A stretch of 56,541 nt of DNA, the filler included, from Squatina squatina (Eukaryota): NCBI GenBank assembly GCA_031763465.1. It is 3 parts of 3 records of this genome, joined end to end, with 100 filler letters (N's around TTAATTAATTAA, not from the genome) between each part and the next. Parts side by side here need not be neighbours in the genome. Positions count along the whole stretch, not along the records: positions 1 to 13,942 come from JARFOE010000176.1; 2 more parts are not named here. One strand, given 5' to 3'. Position 1 is the first letter of the stretch. Every line of letters starts with the position of its first letter. The notes beneath the pieces are model-generated. The model worked only from the letters and a program-made list of their open reading frames with translations. It made no database searches and had not been told where the DNA came from. Positions 1-11,812 of the stretch are shown piece after piece. The translations under genes were made by a program, and so were the position numbers.

Positions 1-300
1 AGCACAAGGGTAATGGGTGAACGGGACTTGGTGCGAGTTAGAATATGGGCAGCAGAGTTTTGGATGAGTTCCAGTTTATGAAGGATAGGACATGGGAGGT
101 TGGTCAGGAGAGCATTGTAAGAGTCAAGTCTAGAGGCATGGATGAAGGTTTCAGCAGCAGATGAACTGAGACATGGGCAGAGACGGGCAGTGTTACAGAG
201 ATAAAAGTAGACAGTCTTGGGGAGGGAGCGGATGTGTGGTCGCAAGCTTATCTCGGGATCAAATCGGACACCAAAGTTGCAAATGATCTGGTTCAGCCTC
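1..300 (-). mobile_element. L2-type LINE fragment (degraded)
   Basis: Similar to the other L2-like pieces in the window (e.g. 9815-10135 shares cagcagatga..ctgag..gggc, gttac.gag, tcaaat). No intact ORF. Confidence 0.6.
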
Positions 301-524
301 ATGCTCTTGTCCTTGTCCTTGTCCAGCCTGCCAAAGTATTCCTGCTACTAGTTGGGTACGCGACACAGCTTTTCCCCTTTAAATCTTTCATGTTTATTCT
401 GTAAAGAAGTTATACATTTGAATGACGTTTAATGTTAAAACAATTTTTGTTTTGTTTTTTGAAAAATATTTGCAGGTAATAGAATGAAGAGCCAACTGAA
501 ATCTTTTTGTTGTATCTGATGCAG

Positions 525-796
525 GGACAAATGCTAATGGTCCAGCTGAAACATCAGATCAGTGGCATGATTATGGTGAAATCAAGGGATTGAACTACAA
601 TGGACCTGTCAATAATTCTGCAGTTTCTGGACAGGCAAAAATGAGCACAAATGGCTGTGAGAAAGATGATGGTTTGTGTGACGTCAAATTGATAAATGTA
701 CAGAATGAAAAGGACGAGAGTGAATCAAGTTGTGAAAGACCAGCGAAGAGATTAAAAACAGATAGTGACTTACCTACTATTTTCAAATGCACGTGA
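525..796 (+). CDS. MIER1: MIER1 (mesoderm induction early response 1), last coding exon
   Basis: Acceptor ...tctgatgcag|525 reads TNANGPAE..KGLNYNGP..AKMSTNGCEKD..SCERPAKRLK..*. This aligns with the recalled human MIER1 C-terminus (SSNGPGE..EGLHINGP..ADMDTNGYETD..SERPAKRRR). It is convergent with SLC35D1 as in human and followed by an AT-rich 3'UTR with AATAAA. Confidence 0.8.
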
Positions 797-3545
797 AGTT
801 TTGAATTGCATGCAAAGCTATTTGAAGTTAAAACAAAATCAAATGAAAAGCACTGTGTTTAATTGTCTAATCTAATTGCAATTACAAGAAAATAAATTCT
901 TAACGAAGAAATATTTTACAACAAAAATACAATTCTGCTACTACAAGCACAAAACAGTATCTTTAAAATTTGGTTTGAGTAATAACATTTCTGCAGAACC
1001 CAAAAAGATGGCAGCTGATTTGTCTGCGCATCTTATTAACTACATTTAATTGTCTTGATAGTTAATGAAAAGGACACTTATTACACATAGATTTTAATTC
1101 ACAATTTAACCTCCACTCCTCAGTGATAACAAAAAGTTAACTACAGCCTTGTTCAGAATGGTCCAGTGTGTAGGTTTTCCATATGTGCCCTGCATTTCTA
1201 TTTAACCTACTTGAAATAGTGAATTTAAAAATCTGATTTCAAAAAGATAAAGTAGCCAAGTGTACATTCTTAAAAACAAAACATGCATATGCAAATTTAT
1301 GGCATTTCATTATTTGATATGTTGTGATTTGATTTATATTATCCAATATCAATTATTAAAGTGTACACATAAAATGTCTTAACTACCTAACCATATTCCA
1401 ATTTTGATAATTTCCATGTGCAATTGAAAAAGCAACAAAAAAGTTATCAGCTGGTAACTTTTTGGGAATAGGACTTAAAGTAGGAAAGCAGTCAAATGGA
1501 ATCTTTAGTTATGCATAATTTCAGAGATAATTCATTCTGCACAGGTAGTATCTGAAATGTGCAGACTTGATTTGAATAAAGTTACTTGAAAATGCAATTG
1601 TTTCAATGGTTGCAGTGCAAAATAATCAATTATTAGAAATCTAGTCACTGTTTTCCATGCTTTTTGTATGTCTAATTTTATCAATTTCTCAAGGTCAAGA
1701 CTGACCAACAATTAAACAAAACATAGTGACTGATGGTGTACACCGAGTATAGCTTAGGTCAAGAGATCTCATCCATAGCAGGAGGTGGGGTGGGGGGCNN
1801 NNNNNNNNNNNNNNNNNNNNNNNNNNNNNNNNNNNNNNNNNNNNNNNNNNNNNNNNNNNNNNNNNNNNNNNNNNNNNNNNNNNNNNNNNNNNNNNNNNGT
1901 AGACAGGGGTCGGGGAGGGCGGGGCGGGGGGGTAAGCAAATCAGGCCCGGGTGTTTAAATGTCTGGGCCTCACACTTCCAAGGTCAGGGATGGTTTGGCA
2001 TTCACCTCACCACCAACAGCACCCCCCTCCAAGCCACCCCTCCACCCCAATTCCCACTCCTGGTTGAAATTAGAGTTTTGGTGCCTCTGGGGTAGGTTTG
2101 ACCAAACCCGGCCAGCGGGAAACTGACTGAATCGGATCGGCCGCTTGAAGTCAACGGAAAGTAAAATCAGGCAGAGTGTAAAACGGGCGGCCGACCCAAT
2201 CCCGTCAGTTCCCCGCTGGGCAGGACAGGTTAAAATTACTGTGCTGGGAGAAAATCCACATCCCCATGTGTGACTGGAAATACCACAGTGTGTCAATTTA
2301 CCTTTTGTTCAGGCAGGCGTCTGAAAGCTCACTTTAACTGTTTTTGATTGTTTATACAAATCTCCTCAAGCTTTTAATAACATGTTTTAGGTTGGGATGC
2401 TCCTGACACATACCATAATTCCTAATAACTGGAATATATATTTGTTCAGCAAAAAATTTGACCCTTGTATTTTTAATCAAGTGCCTGCAAAACATGAACT
2501 CAAGTAGCCTGGTTCTCACGTCAGGTGATGTCCCACAGGGTCTCAATGGGAGAGAAGGGACTGATTGTCAGTTCCATGCCCAAGCAGAGAAGGTATGTTG
2601 TCCTTTACCCAGCTCATCAGTTCTTGTTCTATTGATGTAGAAGTGAACAGATGAAGGCTCTGTGAGGACAAACTTTACCTCATGTTTAAGTTGTCTAAGG
2701 CATTGGTCTGTCACTAACACTGTCCAGGTTCAGGATAAATAGAAGAGTTAATGATGATCCATGTCTTTCATTATTTTGTAAACTGAGGATCAGTAAGTTA
2801 AATGTTGTAACCTAGTGAAATATGTTTGTTGATAATTTGTTACTGCTTCACTTTTACTTTTAATAAACTTGATTTGTAGATTTATAGCCTAACCCAAACT
2901 CTATCTAGTCTTTGGATAAGTGAATAGGAGAACAAGGAGGCTCGTGTCATTTTCATTTCAAGTAATTTACAGTAACAAGGGGCTTTGTTCAACCTGGGCA
3001 ACACTATATTGCCAGATATTATGCATATAGGTCACACTTCAGATGAAAGGAACAATGGCTTACTTGTATGAATGATCCCTTGTGCTCAGCACTAGTGAAA
3101 TATCTACTGAGAGCCCGAAAATTATAACACACAGGTAATACTCAAAGCCATCATTTACTCTGGGAGCAGACTCACTGCCACACTGTAGATAGGAATTCCT
3201 GATGTGGCAAACAATTATTGCAAGATTAGGAATTTCTGCCCACAGCAAAAGAGATTCTGCACCCAGAGCAACTTAATTTTAAGCAAGAGCCCTGACTGTC
3301 AAGGGAGTAGGATTGGCAAGTTGGCTGGCAATGGATGCATCAAGGAAAGGACCGGGGCACAGAAGGATGGCGCGGGGCGGGAAGAGAGAAAGAGAGAAAG
3401 AGAGGAGGAGAGAAAAAGAGGAAGAATTCTTCAGGTGAGAAATTGAAGGGGATCCCAGGGTAGTAACAGAGAAGGGGTGGAACCCACACTTTGAGAACTG
3501 ATTTTTTTTTTTTTAATTATTAAACTCAAAGTTAAAACACTATCA

Positions 3546-3674
<129 letters not shown>

Positions 3675-4379
3675 CTACAAAGAAATCACAGTAATCAGTA
3701 TAATTATATAATAGATTTGAGGTCTGGATAGTGCAGTGGAATAATAGAGGCCTTTCATTTCTGGGATGCAATCTTGAATTGTACGGGATGAGGGTTTCTT
3801 GTCAACCGCCTGGGTCCGGAGTTCAAACTCTGTCTTATGATAATTCAGTTTTAACAGTCTCATTCTTNNNNNNNNNNNNNNNNNNNNNNNNNNNNNNNNN
3901 NNNNNNNNNNNNNNNNNNNNNNNNNNNNNNNNNNNNNNNNNNNNNNNNNNNNNNNNNNNNNNNNNNNAATGAAGTAGGAGATTGCCGTGGGGCCCAGTAC
4001 TAAAGTCAGGGGTGAAGTGGGAGATACATTCTTTTGATTTTTTTTTTTGCGATTAAGTTAACCTGGCTGCTTGCTCTCATCAATTGACTAAGCTAGTTTG
4101 CAAAGCATGACCAGCTGTAATGGAGGAGGCACACAGCCCTAGACTTTAAGAAAACATGACTTTAGCTGCAGCTGCTCAGTGATTTCAAAGTTTCCCAGGA
4201 CAAATCATTTGCCTTAATTATAATTCACTTTATGGATGTCACAGCAACCTTTAAAATCACTTTTTCCCCATCTAAAATGAGGCAGCTAAATGCAGGAAGT
4301 GGGTCCTAACCATTTTGTTTTGAAACAAATAAAAATAAATATTAAGTCAACAAGCAATTAAGAGTTTGATGTTACTTAC

Positions 4380-4451
4380 TTGAGCAATAAACCTTCTGCT
4401 ATCACTGTAAACAGAATGGAAAACCTCCTTAGAACTGTAAACATTGGGAGA
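4380..4451 (-). CDS. SLC35D1: SLC35D1 internal exon (72 nt)
   Basis: tttttccag|...|gtaagt; encodes LPMFTVLRRFSILFTVIAEGLLLK. Not in the ORF track. Confidence 0.93.
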
Positions 4452-4582
4452 CTGGAAAAAGGAAGTTAAACCAAGTTAGGAANNNNNNNNNNNNNNNNNN
4501 NNNNNNNNNNNNNNNNNNNNNNNNNNNNNNNNNNNNNNNNNNNNNNNNNNNNNNNNNNNNNNNNNNNNNNNNNNNNNNNNNN

Positions 4583-4745
4583 CGTAAAAAACCGCCGCGC
4601 ACAACTTCAAGAAAACAGTCAGCGTCTCGGCCGACATCTCCCCGTCCCCAGCTCGAGCGCCAACTCGGGCAGCATCTCCAGCCGCCTGGCTTCTTTCCCG
4701 GCTCGCTTTAACCACAGCATCGTGACGTTGACGAGCTTCCAACAT
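4583..4745 (-). CDS. SLC35D1: SLC35D1 first coding exon (UDP-GlcA/UDP-GalNAc transporter), cut by a gap
   Basis: MLEARQRHDAVVK...MSAETLTVFLKLCAAVFY matches recalled MAEVHRRQHARVK...SAETLTVFLKLLAAGFY. CpG-rich context extends to about 4835. Confidence 0.92.
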
Positions 4746-5644
4746 GTCTTCATCACCGACTCCACCGCAGCGTCCCTCGACGTGCTGACGTCACGCCCCG
4801 TCGAGTGCGACGCCGTACGTGCCCAGCCATCGAATTCCTGTTGAAGGGGTTTGTGTGGGGGTGGATTGTTTTCTTGTTGCCAAAGGCAAATTAAAAATAA
4901 TTGCATAAATTAGATTTGTGTTGTTGACTAATGTAGGTGAAGAGTCAGTAAGGTTCGAAACTAGTAGCAGGGCAGACAAAATAACTCAAGAAGTATGGTG
5001 AGACCAAGCTTTGGTTTTTAAAGGCTGGAGATAGATAAGGGGAATTCATGGGAGGTGGAGAACTGTACTATCCTTCTGAGACTTAATAGTGTTATCAGAG
5101 GTATGCTGTTACCACATAAGACACTGCAAGAAGACCATTGGAATGTTACAGCACAGAACCAGGTCATTTGACCCATCAGGTATACACCTGTATTTGGGGC
5201 AGAAATTGGTCTTAAGCGGTAGCACAGAATGGGTAATGGCGAATCAGCAGTCCATTTTACACCCCACCCAATTTCCTTTTCTCTTGAAAGGTGTAAAGCG
5301 AGCTTCTGATTCGCTATTGTCTACCGCCCAAGACCTTTTGGCTCCACCTCATCCAATCAACCTCTTCTGCTCAATCCCCATACCCAGCATTACTCTTTTT
5401 CAAGCAATTACCAAAATTCCCTCCAAAATAATTTATGGACTCTGTCTCTGTTTGTGACAGAAAACTACATATTCTAACCCAAACGTCTGAAATGTCCTTT
5501 CATAACTGTACCACTTATTACGTCCAAAAAACACTCCCTTTGGTNNNNNNNNNNNNNNNNNNNNNNNNNNNNNNNNNNNNNNNNNNNNNNNNNNNNNNNN
5601 NNNNNNNNNNNNNNNNNNNNNNNNNNNNNNNNNNNNNNNNNNNN

Positions 5645-5747
5645 TGGATGACCAACGTTACAACCCAAGACTCCTTAATATTCTGCTATGTTGAGTGCGT
5701 AGATGGGGACAAAGAGTTAGTGTGTGTAGCAAGTCTTCAACCTGGCT
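5645..5747 (+). CDS. IL23R: IL23R-type receptor, 3' part of the Ig-like (D1) exon
   Basis: WMTNVTTQDSLIFCYVECVDGDKELVCVASLQPG ends at a phase-1 donor (ggct|gtaagt) that joins in frame to 7383, giving G-Y-PPD, the typical gp130-family D1/D2 junction. Confidence 0.72.
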
Positions 5748-6033
5748 GTAAGTATCTGTCTCAAAGAATACCATTGCCTAATGTGCTCTCGTAGTGGTGC
5801 TCTCATAGTGGTACACAAGATGATTCTCCCTGTAAATTTTCTTTCTGTCTGGAATGAAGTGCCCAGTAACACAACAGATATTGGTAATTTTAAGTCATAG
5901 GACCCCAATAGGAATGAAATAATGACACCTGTACTTGATTCAGACGGGCACTTGGGCCGCCCATTCAAAGGCCCCAGGCAGTATGGCAGCAGGAGGGATC
6001 CGAGCAGGATCAGACAGTAAATGCAGGACAAAT

Positions 6034-6440
6034 GGTAGATTTTAACTCCAGGAATGGAACACGCCGGCAGAGGGTAGAACCCAGCCCATTCCTGCCAACG
6101 AGGTGGGGGAGGGGGGTGGTGGTCAGTTCATTTCAAGGGTTGGGCCCCAACCATGCTGCCGGCAAGTTGCATGCTTCGAATGGACATCTCGCTGCAGCTC
6201 ACTTGCTCCAGGCCAGTGCAATATCTGGTAGCCCAGAGCCCAACAAGTAGGTCAAGAGAGAGGGCAATCGTGGAGAGGAGGGCAGCAGCAGCCCATATTA
6301 TTCTTGTGAAGCCTGCAGGGAGCCCTCCTGCGTCTGGCTGCCCAGCAGAAGGTCCTTTTGAGATTGGTGGCAGCGAAGCGCGGGTGTGAAGCCATTTTCC
6401 GGCCACTGTTTATGTAGGATGGCTCACGTTAAAATCTACC
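6034..6440. mobile_element. MITE-like non-autonomous DNA transposon
   Basis: Perfect 13-bp terminal inverted repeat GGTAGATTTTAAC (6034-6046) / GTTAAAATCTACC (6428-6440) around a GC-rich non-coding interior. Confidence 0.6.
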
Positions 6441-7382
6441 TCATGGAATCGGTGAGGAAAGAAAATTCTAAAGTTTAGCTTAGGTTTTCAATGGCACAGG
6501 TTTATTAAGAAATTGTAATTCGTGGGTAATAAGTCACCAATGACAACCGATTCTTACACATTTTCTGACCTTCAGCTAAAATACAACTTTTGATCTCNNN
6601 NNNNNNNNNNNNNNNNNNNNNNNNNNNNNNNNNNNNNNNNNNNNNNNNNNNNNNNNNNNNNNNNNNNNNNNNNNNNNNNNNNNNNNNNNNNNNNNNNNNN
6701 NNNNNNNNNNNNNNNNNNNNNNNNNNNNNNNNNNNNNNNNNNNNNNNNNNNNNNNNNNNNNNNNNNNNNNNNNNNNNNNNNNNNNNNNNNNNNNNNNNNN
6801 NNNNNNNNNNNNNNNNNNNNNNNNNNNNNNNNNNNNNNNNNNNNNNNNNNNNNNNNNNNNNNNNNNNNNNNNNNNNNNNNNNNNNNNNNNNNNNNNNNNN
6901 NNNNNNNNNNNNNNNNNNNNNNNNNNNNNNNNNNNNNNNNNNNNNNNNNNNNNNNNNNNNNNNNNNNNNNNNNNNNNNNNNNNNNNNNNNNNNNNNNNNN
7001 NNNNNNNNNNNNNNNNNNNNNNNNNNNNNNNNNNNNNNNNNNNNNNNNNNNNNNNNNNNNNNNNNNNNNNNNNNNNNNNNNNNNNNNNNNNNNNNNNNNN
7101 NNNNNNNNNNNNNNNNNNNNGTTGCACACTCACGTAAAGTAGAAATAGTTGTGCAATGCGCAGGGGCTTCTGATTATATTTTTGATTTCTGGCTATCGAT
7201 CTTCCCAATGCTGAGGCACGTTCATAAAGATTAACAATACCAAATCTATACTTCTGGCCCAGAGGAGCCTCAGAAGAGTACCTGCACTTCATTTATAGTA
7301 CAGCACTGCAACTGAAATGGGTGCTCAAGGCACATCTCAAATTATGCAAGGGTTTTAATGCTGCTGTGATGTTCATTGTTAG

Positions 7383-7500
7383 ATCCACCAGACCAGCCAA
7401 AAGAGCTGACCTGTATATGGAGTCATAACAACATGATATGCACATGGATAGCGGGAAAACAGACATTGCTGGAAACAAATTACACCCTCCATGTCCAAAG
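7383..7500 (+). CDS. IL23R: IL23R cytokine-binding (D2) exon
   Basis: ttgttag|...|gtgagt; encodes (Y)PPDQPKELTCIWSHNNMICTWIAGKQTLLETNYTLHVQ with the class I cytokine receptor C..CxW motif. Resembles recalled IL23R YPPDIPDEVTC..NMTCTWNAGK.T..T.Y..HVKS. Confidence 0.8.
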
Positions 7501-7814
7501 GTGAGTGAGAATTTAGACATTCTAGACCTGAAAATGTNNNNNNNNNNCCTGCCCTGGGAGGGTGCAAAATATGGTGTTGGTGGTTGGGCTAAGATGGGGG
7601 TGTCCCCATCCACCCCATCCCCCAGAAAATTCCTTACTGTGCCTTCAGTAGCCACTTGCTAAGGGGCTGCTCTAAACATTTTTTACAATCCTCCTCTTTG
7701 GGAGTCCAGGCCACAACCAAGGCAAACTAGCTGCCAGTCCCCTGACCGATATTTCCCAGGCAGCATCAGCAGAAACTTCTAAACCTGGGAGTCCCCACAA
7801 CTTCCATGTCAATG

Positions 7815-8285
7815 AATATGTCCTAACTTGCACCAAGTCCCGTTCACCCGTCGCCTGTGTGCTCGTTGACCTACATTGACTCCCAGTTAAGCAACACTTA
7901 GATTTTAAAATTCTCATCCTTGTTTTTAAATACCTCCACAACCTCGTACCTCCCAATCTCTGTAATTTCCTCCAGCCCCACAACCCCCCAAGATATCTGC
8001 GCTCCTCTAATTCTGGCCTCTTGAGCGTCCCTGATTTTAATTGCTCCACCATTGGTGGCCATGTCTTCAGCTGCCTAGGCCTTAAGCTCTGGAAGTCCCT
8101 CCCAAGCCTCTCGTCTCTTTAACTCTCTTTCCTCCTTTAAGACGCTCCTTAAAACTGACCTCTTTGTCATCTGCCCTAATATCTCCTTATGTGGCTCGGT
8201 GTCCAGTTTTGTTTGATAATGTTTTTGTGCAACGCCTTGGCACGTTTTACTATGTTACAGGCGCTATATAAATACAAGTTGCTGT
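7815..8285 (+). mobile_element. L2 LINE 3' end
   Basis: Remnant of the L2 ORF2 end (TPVA..LH.LPV..FKI..GG..FS..LW) and the ggcgctatataaat 3' tail shared with 30770-31110 and 39210-39505. Confidence 0.7.
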
Positions 8286-8996
8286 TGGTTTTTACGGGGT
8301 TGATAGAGGCTGTGCCCTGAACATGGCCCAACGAAAACTCCCAGACCAGTCAGACCCCAGCCTAGTTTGAAAGAGAACAAAGAAAGACTAGAATTTATAT
8401 AGCGCATTTAAGGTAGTAAAATGTCCCAAAGCGCTTTACAGCCAATGAAGTACTTTTTGAAGTGTAATCACTTGTGCACAAAATGTGCACAGCCAATTTG
8501 CACATAGCANNNNNNNNNNNNNNNNNNNNNNNNNNNNNNNNNNNNNNNNNNNNNNNNNNNNNNNNNNNNNNNNNNNNNNNNNNNNNNNNNNNNNNNNNNN
8601 NNNNNNNNNTGGTCATGCAAAAATCAACCCCATTGAGTGCTGACATTTTTAAAAAAGTTGTGTATATTCTTGAAGTGTCTCCCCTTGCACATGCACTCAA
8701 AGTAATATTTCGGCAATCAGAATACTACGTTTAAGCCTCAACGTTTAGTGACTTTATTAACAGCAGTAATTGGATTTTCCTTCTCGCGTTAAGGCCAGAA
8801 GTTGGGATTTAGAGAAGGAGTGCATTGGATCCTTCACTGATCTAATCTATCAGTCTGTATGGCACTTCTATTAGTGGTGGGAGGAAAATTCACGGAGAAT
8901 CATAGTTGTTCTAGAAATGTAACCCTTGGTTAATGAAGCTAAAAGATTTCTTTGCTAAGATTTTTCTGCTGAATAATTAATTTTTTCCATTCCTAG

Positions 8997-9204
8997 CCTC
9001 TCCATCCTCAGGAAACCAGGGGCATTATTCTTGGATATCATATATTTTATCAACAAAATGGACTTGAAAAGACCATCCGAGTGTGTAATGTATCAGAAAC
9101 TCAGTACAGCTGGCGAACACCCTGGGCACCAGACACCATCTTTGTTACTGCATTTAACTCCAAAGGAAACTCCACACCCGCAGTGCTCCACGTAGGAGAA
9201 GCAA
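8997..9204 (+). CDS. IL23R: Membrane-proximal FN3 (D4-type) exon of a tall gp130-family receptor, assigned to IL23R by position
   Basis: ttcctag|...a|gtaatt; encodes PLHPQETRGIILGYHIFYQ...TIFVTAFNSKGNSTPAVLHVGEA, carrying the D4 signature (EaRG.IL.Y ... V.A.NSKG.S.P) of IL12RB2/gp130/CSF3R. Not in the ORF track. Confidence 0.7.
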
Positions 9205-9814
9205 GTAATTCATATTAGTTACAGGAGACCTTTCTTTTTTGAGTCTTCACAANNNNNNNNNNGAAAATAAAACAGTTTTATCTGTATAAAAAAAAAAATT
9301 ATAAGGACTGATATTTCCTGTCTACACCCACTCAATTCTCAGAATGACCCACATTGAACAGGAAGGTGTTGACCGGAGACTGTGCCATCTCATAGCAGGG
9401 AGAGTGAAAACAAGAGGCAAGAGCCACATTTGGGAAATCTATAACTTCTACGAGCAGGCAGTTGCATGAGGCATTGGCAGAGATCAGGGCCTGCACCCAC
9501 TCCAAGTGTCAGGCCAGGCAGACTAAGAACTGGGGATGAAAATACATAAAACAAATGGCCAACTTACCTAATGCCCCACAGAAATGGTAAATAATCAGTC
9601 TGATTGCACAATTGGTATGGCACAGTAGTTGGCAGGTTTGCTTTACACCTCAGCTATTGGACTTTTCAGCCCCAGCATTGACTATGACTCAGCTCTGTTG
9701 ATCACTTGTGTGACNNNNNNNNNNNNNNNNNNNNNNNNNNNNNNNNNNNNNNNNNNNNNNNNNNNNNNNNNNNNNNNNNNNNNNNNNNNNNNNNNNNNNN
9801 NNNNNNNNNNNNNN

Positions 9815-10135
9815 CAGCAGATGAGCTGAGGCAGGGGCGGAGTCGGGCCATGTTACGGAGGTGGAAATAAGCAGTCTTGGTAATGGCACGGATATGTGGA
9901 CAGAAGTTTATCTTGGGGTCAAATAAGACTTCAAGGTTGCGAACAGTCTGGCTCTGTCATAGACAGTTGCCAGAGAGAGGGATGAAGTCGGTGGCTAGGT
10001 GGGGACTGAAGACAATGGCTTCAGTCTTCCCAATATTTAGTTTGAGGAAATTTTTGCTCATCCAGTACTGGACGTGAGACAAGCAGGCTATCAATTTAGA
10101 GACAGTGGAAGGGTCGAGAGAGGTGGAGCTGGGTG
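9815..10135 (-). mobile_element. L2 LINE reverse transcriptase fragment
   Basis: Minus-strand translation LIACLSHVQYWMSKNFLKLNIGKTEAIVFSP is characteristic of L2 RT. Confidence 0.75.
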
Positions 10136-10202
10136 AGAGATTTGAACCCTCAACCTTCTGACTCAGAGTCAAGAGTGCTACCTACTGAGCCACAGCTGAC
10201 TA

Positions 10203-11601
10203 GACACCACATCAAACCCGAGGGTGGCTGCTCAGCGACAAGGACTATCCGCTCCACACCTGACTGATGACTCCCCACCACAATCCTACCACTCGTGGCT
10301 AGCAATCTTACACTGACAGCCATGCTGACACAAGGAAAATCATTGAGCAGGCCATCAAATGGCTCCGCTACCTTAACATCTTGGGAGGAGCTCTCCAGTA
10401 CTTGCTAGTGTCCCGTTTCGTCGCTGTCTGCTGCATCCTTGACACCATGACGGCGCAGCCCTCGCTACCACAGATTCTGCCACCACCTCAGCAGGAGGAG
10501 GAAGTGATGGACGAGGAAGATGACGAGGAAGAGGAAGAACGGAGGAGGCAGCCTGCCAATCCACGTTCAGAGCGGGCTGTCTGTGAGCACAGCATCAGAC
10601 TCNNNNNNNNNNTCAATCACATGTTACATATCAAAGTCAATTCATCAGCCTTATTCATTCCCTTAGCGCCTGCTTGTGTGTTCTCTTGCTTATCCCAGTG
10701 CTCCTACGAAGTGCGATCCCAGTGGCTGCATTAAGGCTGGTGGAAGGCTGCTGACTTTCAGTGGGGGAGACTGCAGATGGCCTTGGAGGACGACCTCGAG
10801 TAGCTCTGGATCTAGACGGCCCAGCTTCAGACTGCATCATCTCATCATGGGTGGCAGCAGTCTGGACTGACTGGGCTGACAGGGAACAGCAAGGGCACTG
10901 ACGGAGTGGCTGTTGCAGTAGGATGAATGCTGCTATTCTGAGAGAGGGTAGCAGGTTCGTCCTCCACAGAGCAAGTTCCACTCCCCCTGGGGTGGGGGGG
11001 TGGTGCGGAGAGGGGTGTGGATGAAGTGGGCACTACAGCAATCCTAGTAATCTGTTGGGCCACAGATTGCTGGACTGCTGTGATAACCTGCAAACCCTTT
11101 TTAACACTGTTATACCCAGCCATGAAGGCAGCAGTCTGTGTTTGCATGGCAGAAATCTGAGTTTCCACTGCAACACTAAGACGTTGGATCGCTTCTGTTT
11201 GTGCTGCAGTGGAAGCTGAGACATCGGCCGTCACATGCTGCAATATGGTTGGGTCCACATGAGCGTAAATGGTGTTCTCCACCACTTCCACCCTGGAAAT
11301 CATGGTCTCCAAGCTCTGTGCAAAGGCCTGTGCAAAGTTGTTGTCGGGTTCCTCCAGCTCCTCGACTGTGACAACAGGCTTTATGGCAGGCCTGCCAATG
11401 CACCATGCACTTGGACGTGTATGACCATCAACGATCTTCTGTCGGCTGGCTCCTCAAAGTCCTCATTGAGTCCCGTGCAGCAGAATTCCTGTGCGAGCTC
11501 ACCTTCCGGGGAGCTGGCACCTGCACTACCCTTTCCCCCAGTCCAGGCTGCAGCACCCTCCTGCCCGGTGAGCCACTACATGCAGATCCCGCCTCTAGAC
11601 T
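10203..11601. mobile_element. Degraded PIF/Harbinger DNA transposon (transposase C-terminus on +, convergent second ORF on -)
   Basis: Plus strand reads GWLLSDKDYPL..LMTP..NP...Y..SH..TRKIIEQAI...GGALQY..VSRFVAVCCIL plus an acidic tail (DDE_Tnp_4/HARBI1-like), with stops. The minus strand 10730-11600 carries broken ORFs with coiled-coil character. Confidence 0.75.
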
Positions 11602-11812
11602 NNNNNNNNNNNNNNNNNNNNNNNNNNNNNNNNNNNNNNNNNNNNNNNNNNNNNNNNNNNNNNNNNNNNNNNNNNNNNNNNNNNNNNNNNNNNNNNNNNN
11701 NGTGCTTATGTACTCAGAAACTATACCAAAGGGTTTTTTTGAAAATCTTATTCAGCAAATCTTTTGAAAGACCTATGATGTTCATCCAGTTTTGTATTTA
11801 TTTCCATTGTAG

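Noticed and set aside
5461-5544. Possible IL23R start exon (acceptor at 5460, MSFHNCTTYYVQKTLPL)
   Set aside because: Cut by a gap before any hydrophobic signal core; cannot be supported.
6572-7292. Long X-filled ORFs (also 54519-55392 and others)
   Set aside because: Frames only read through N gaps.
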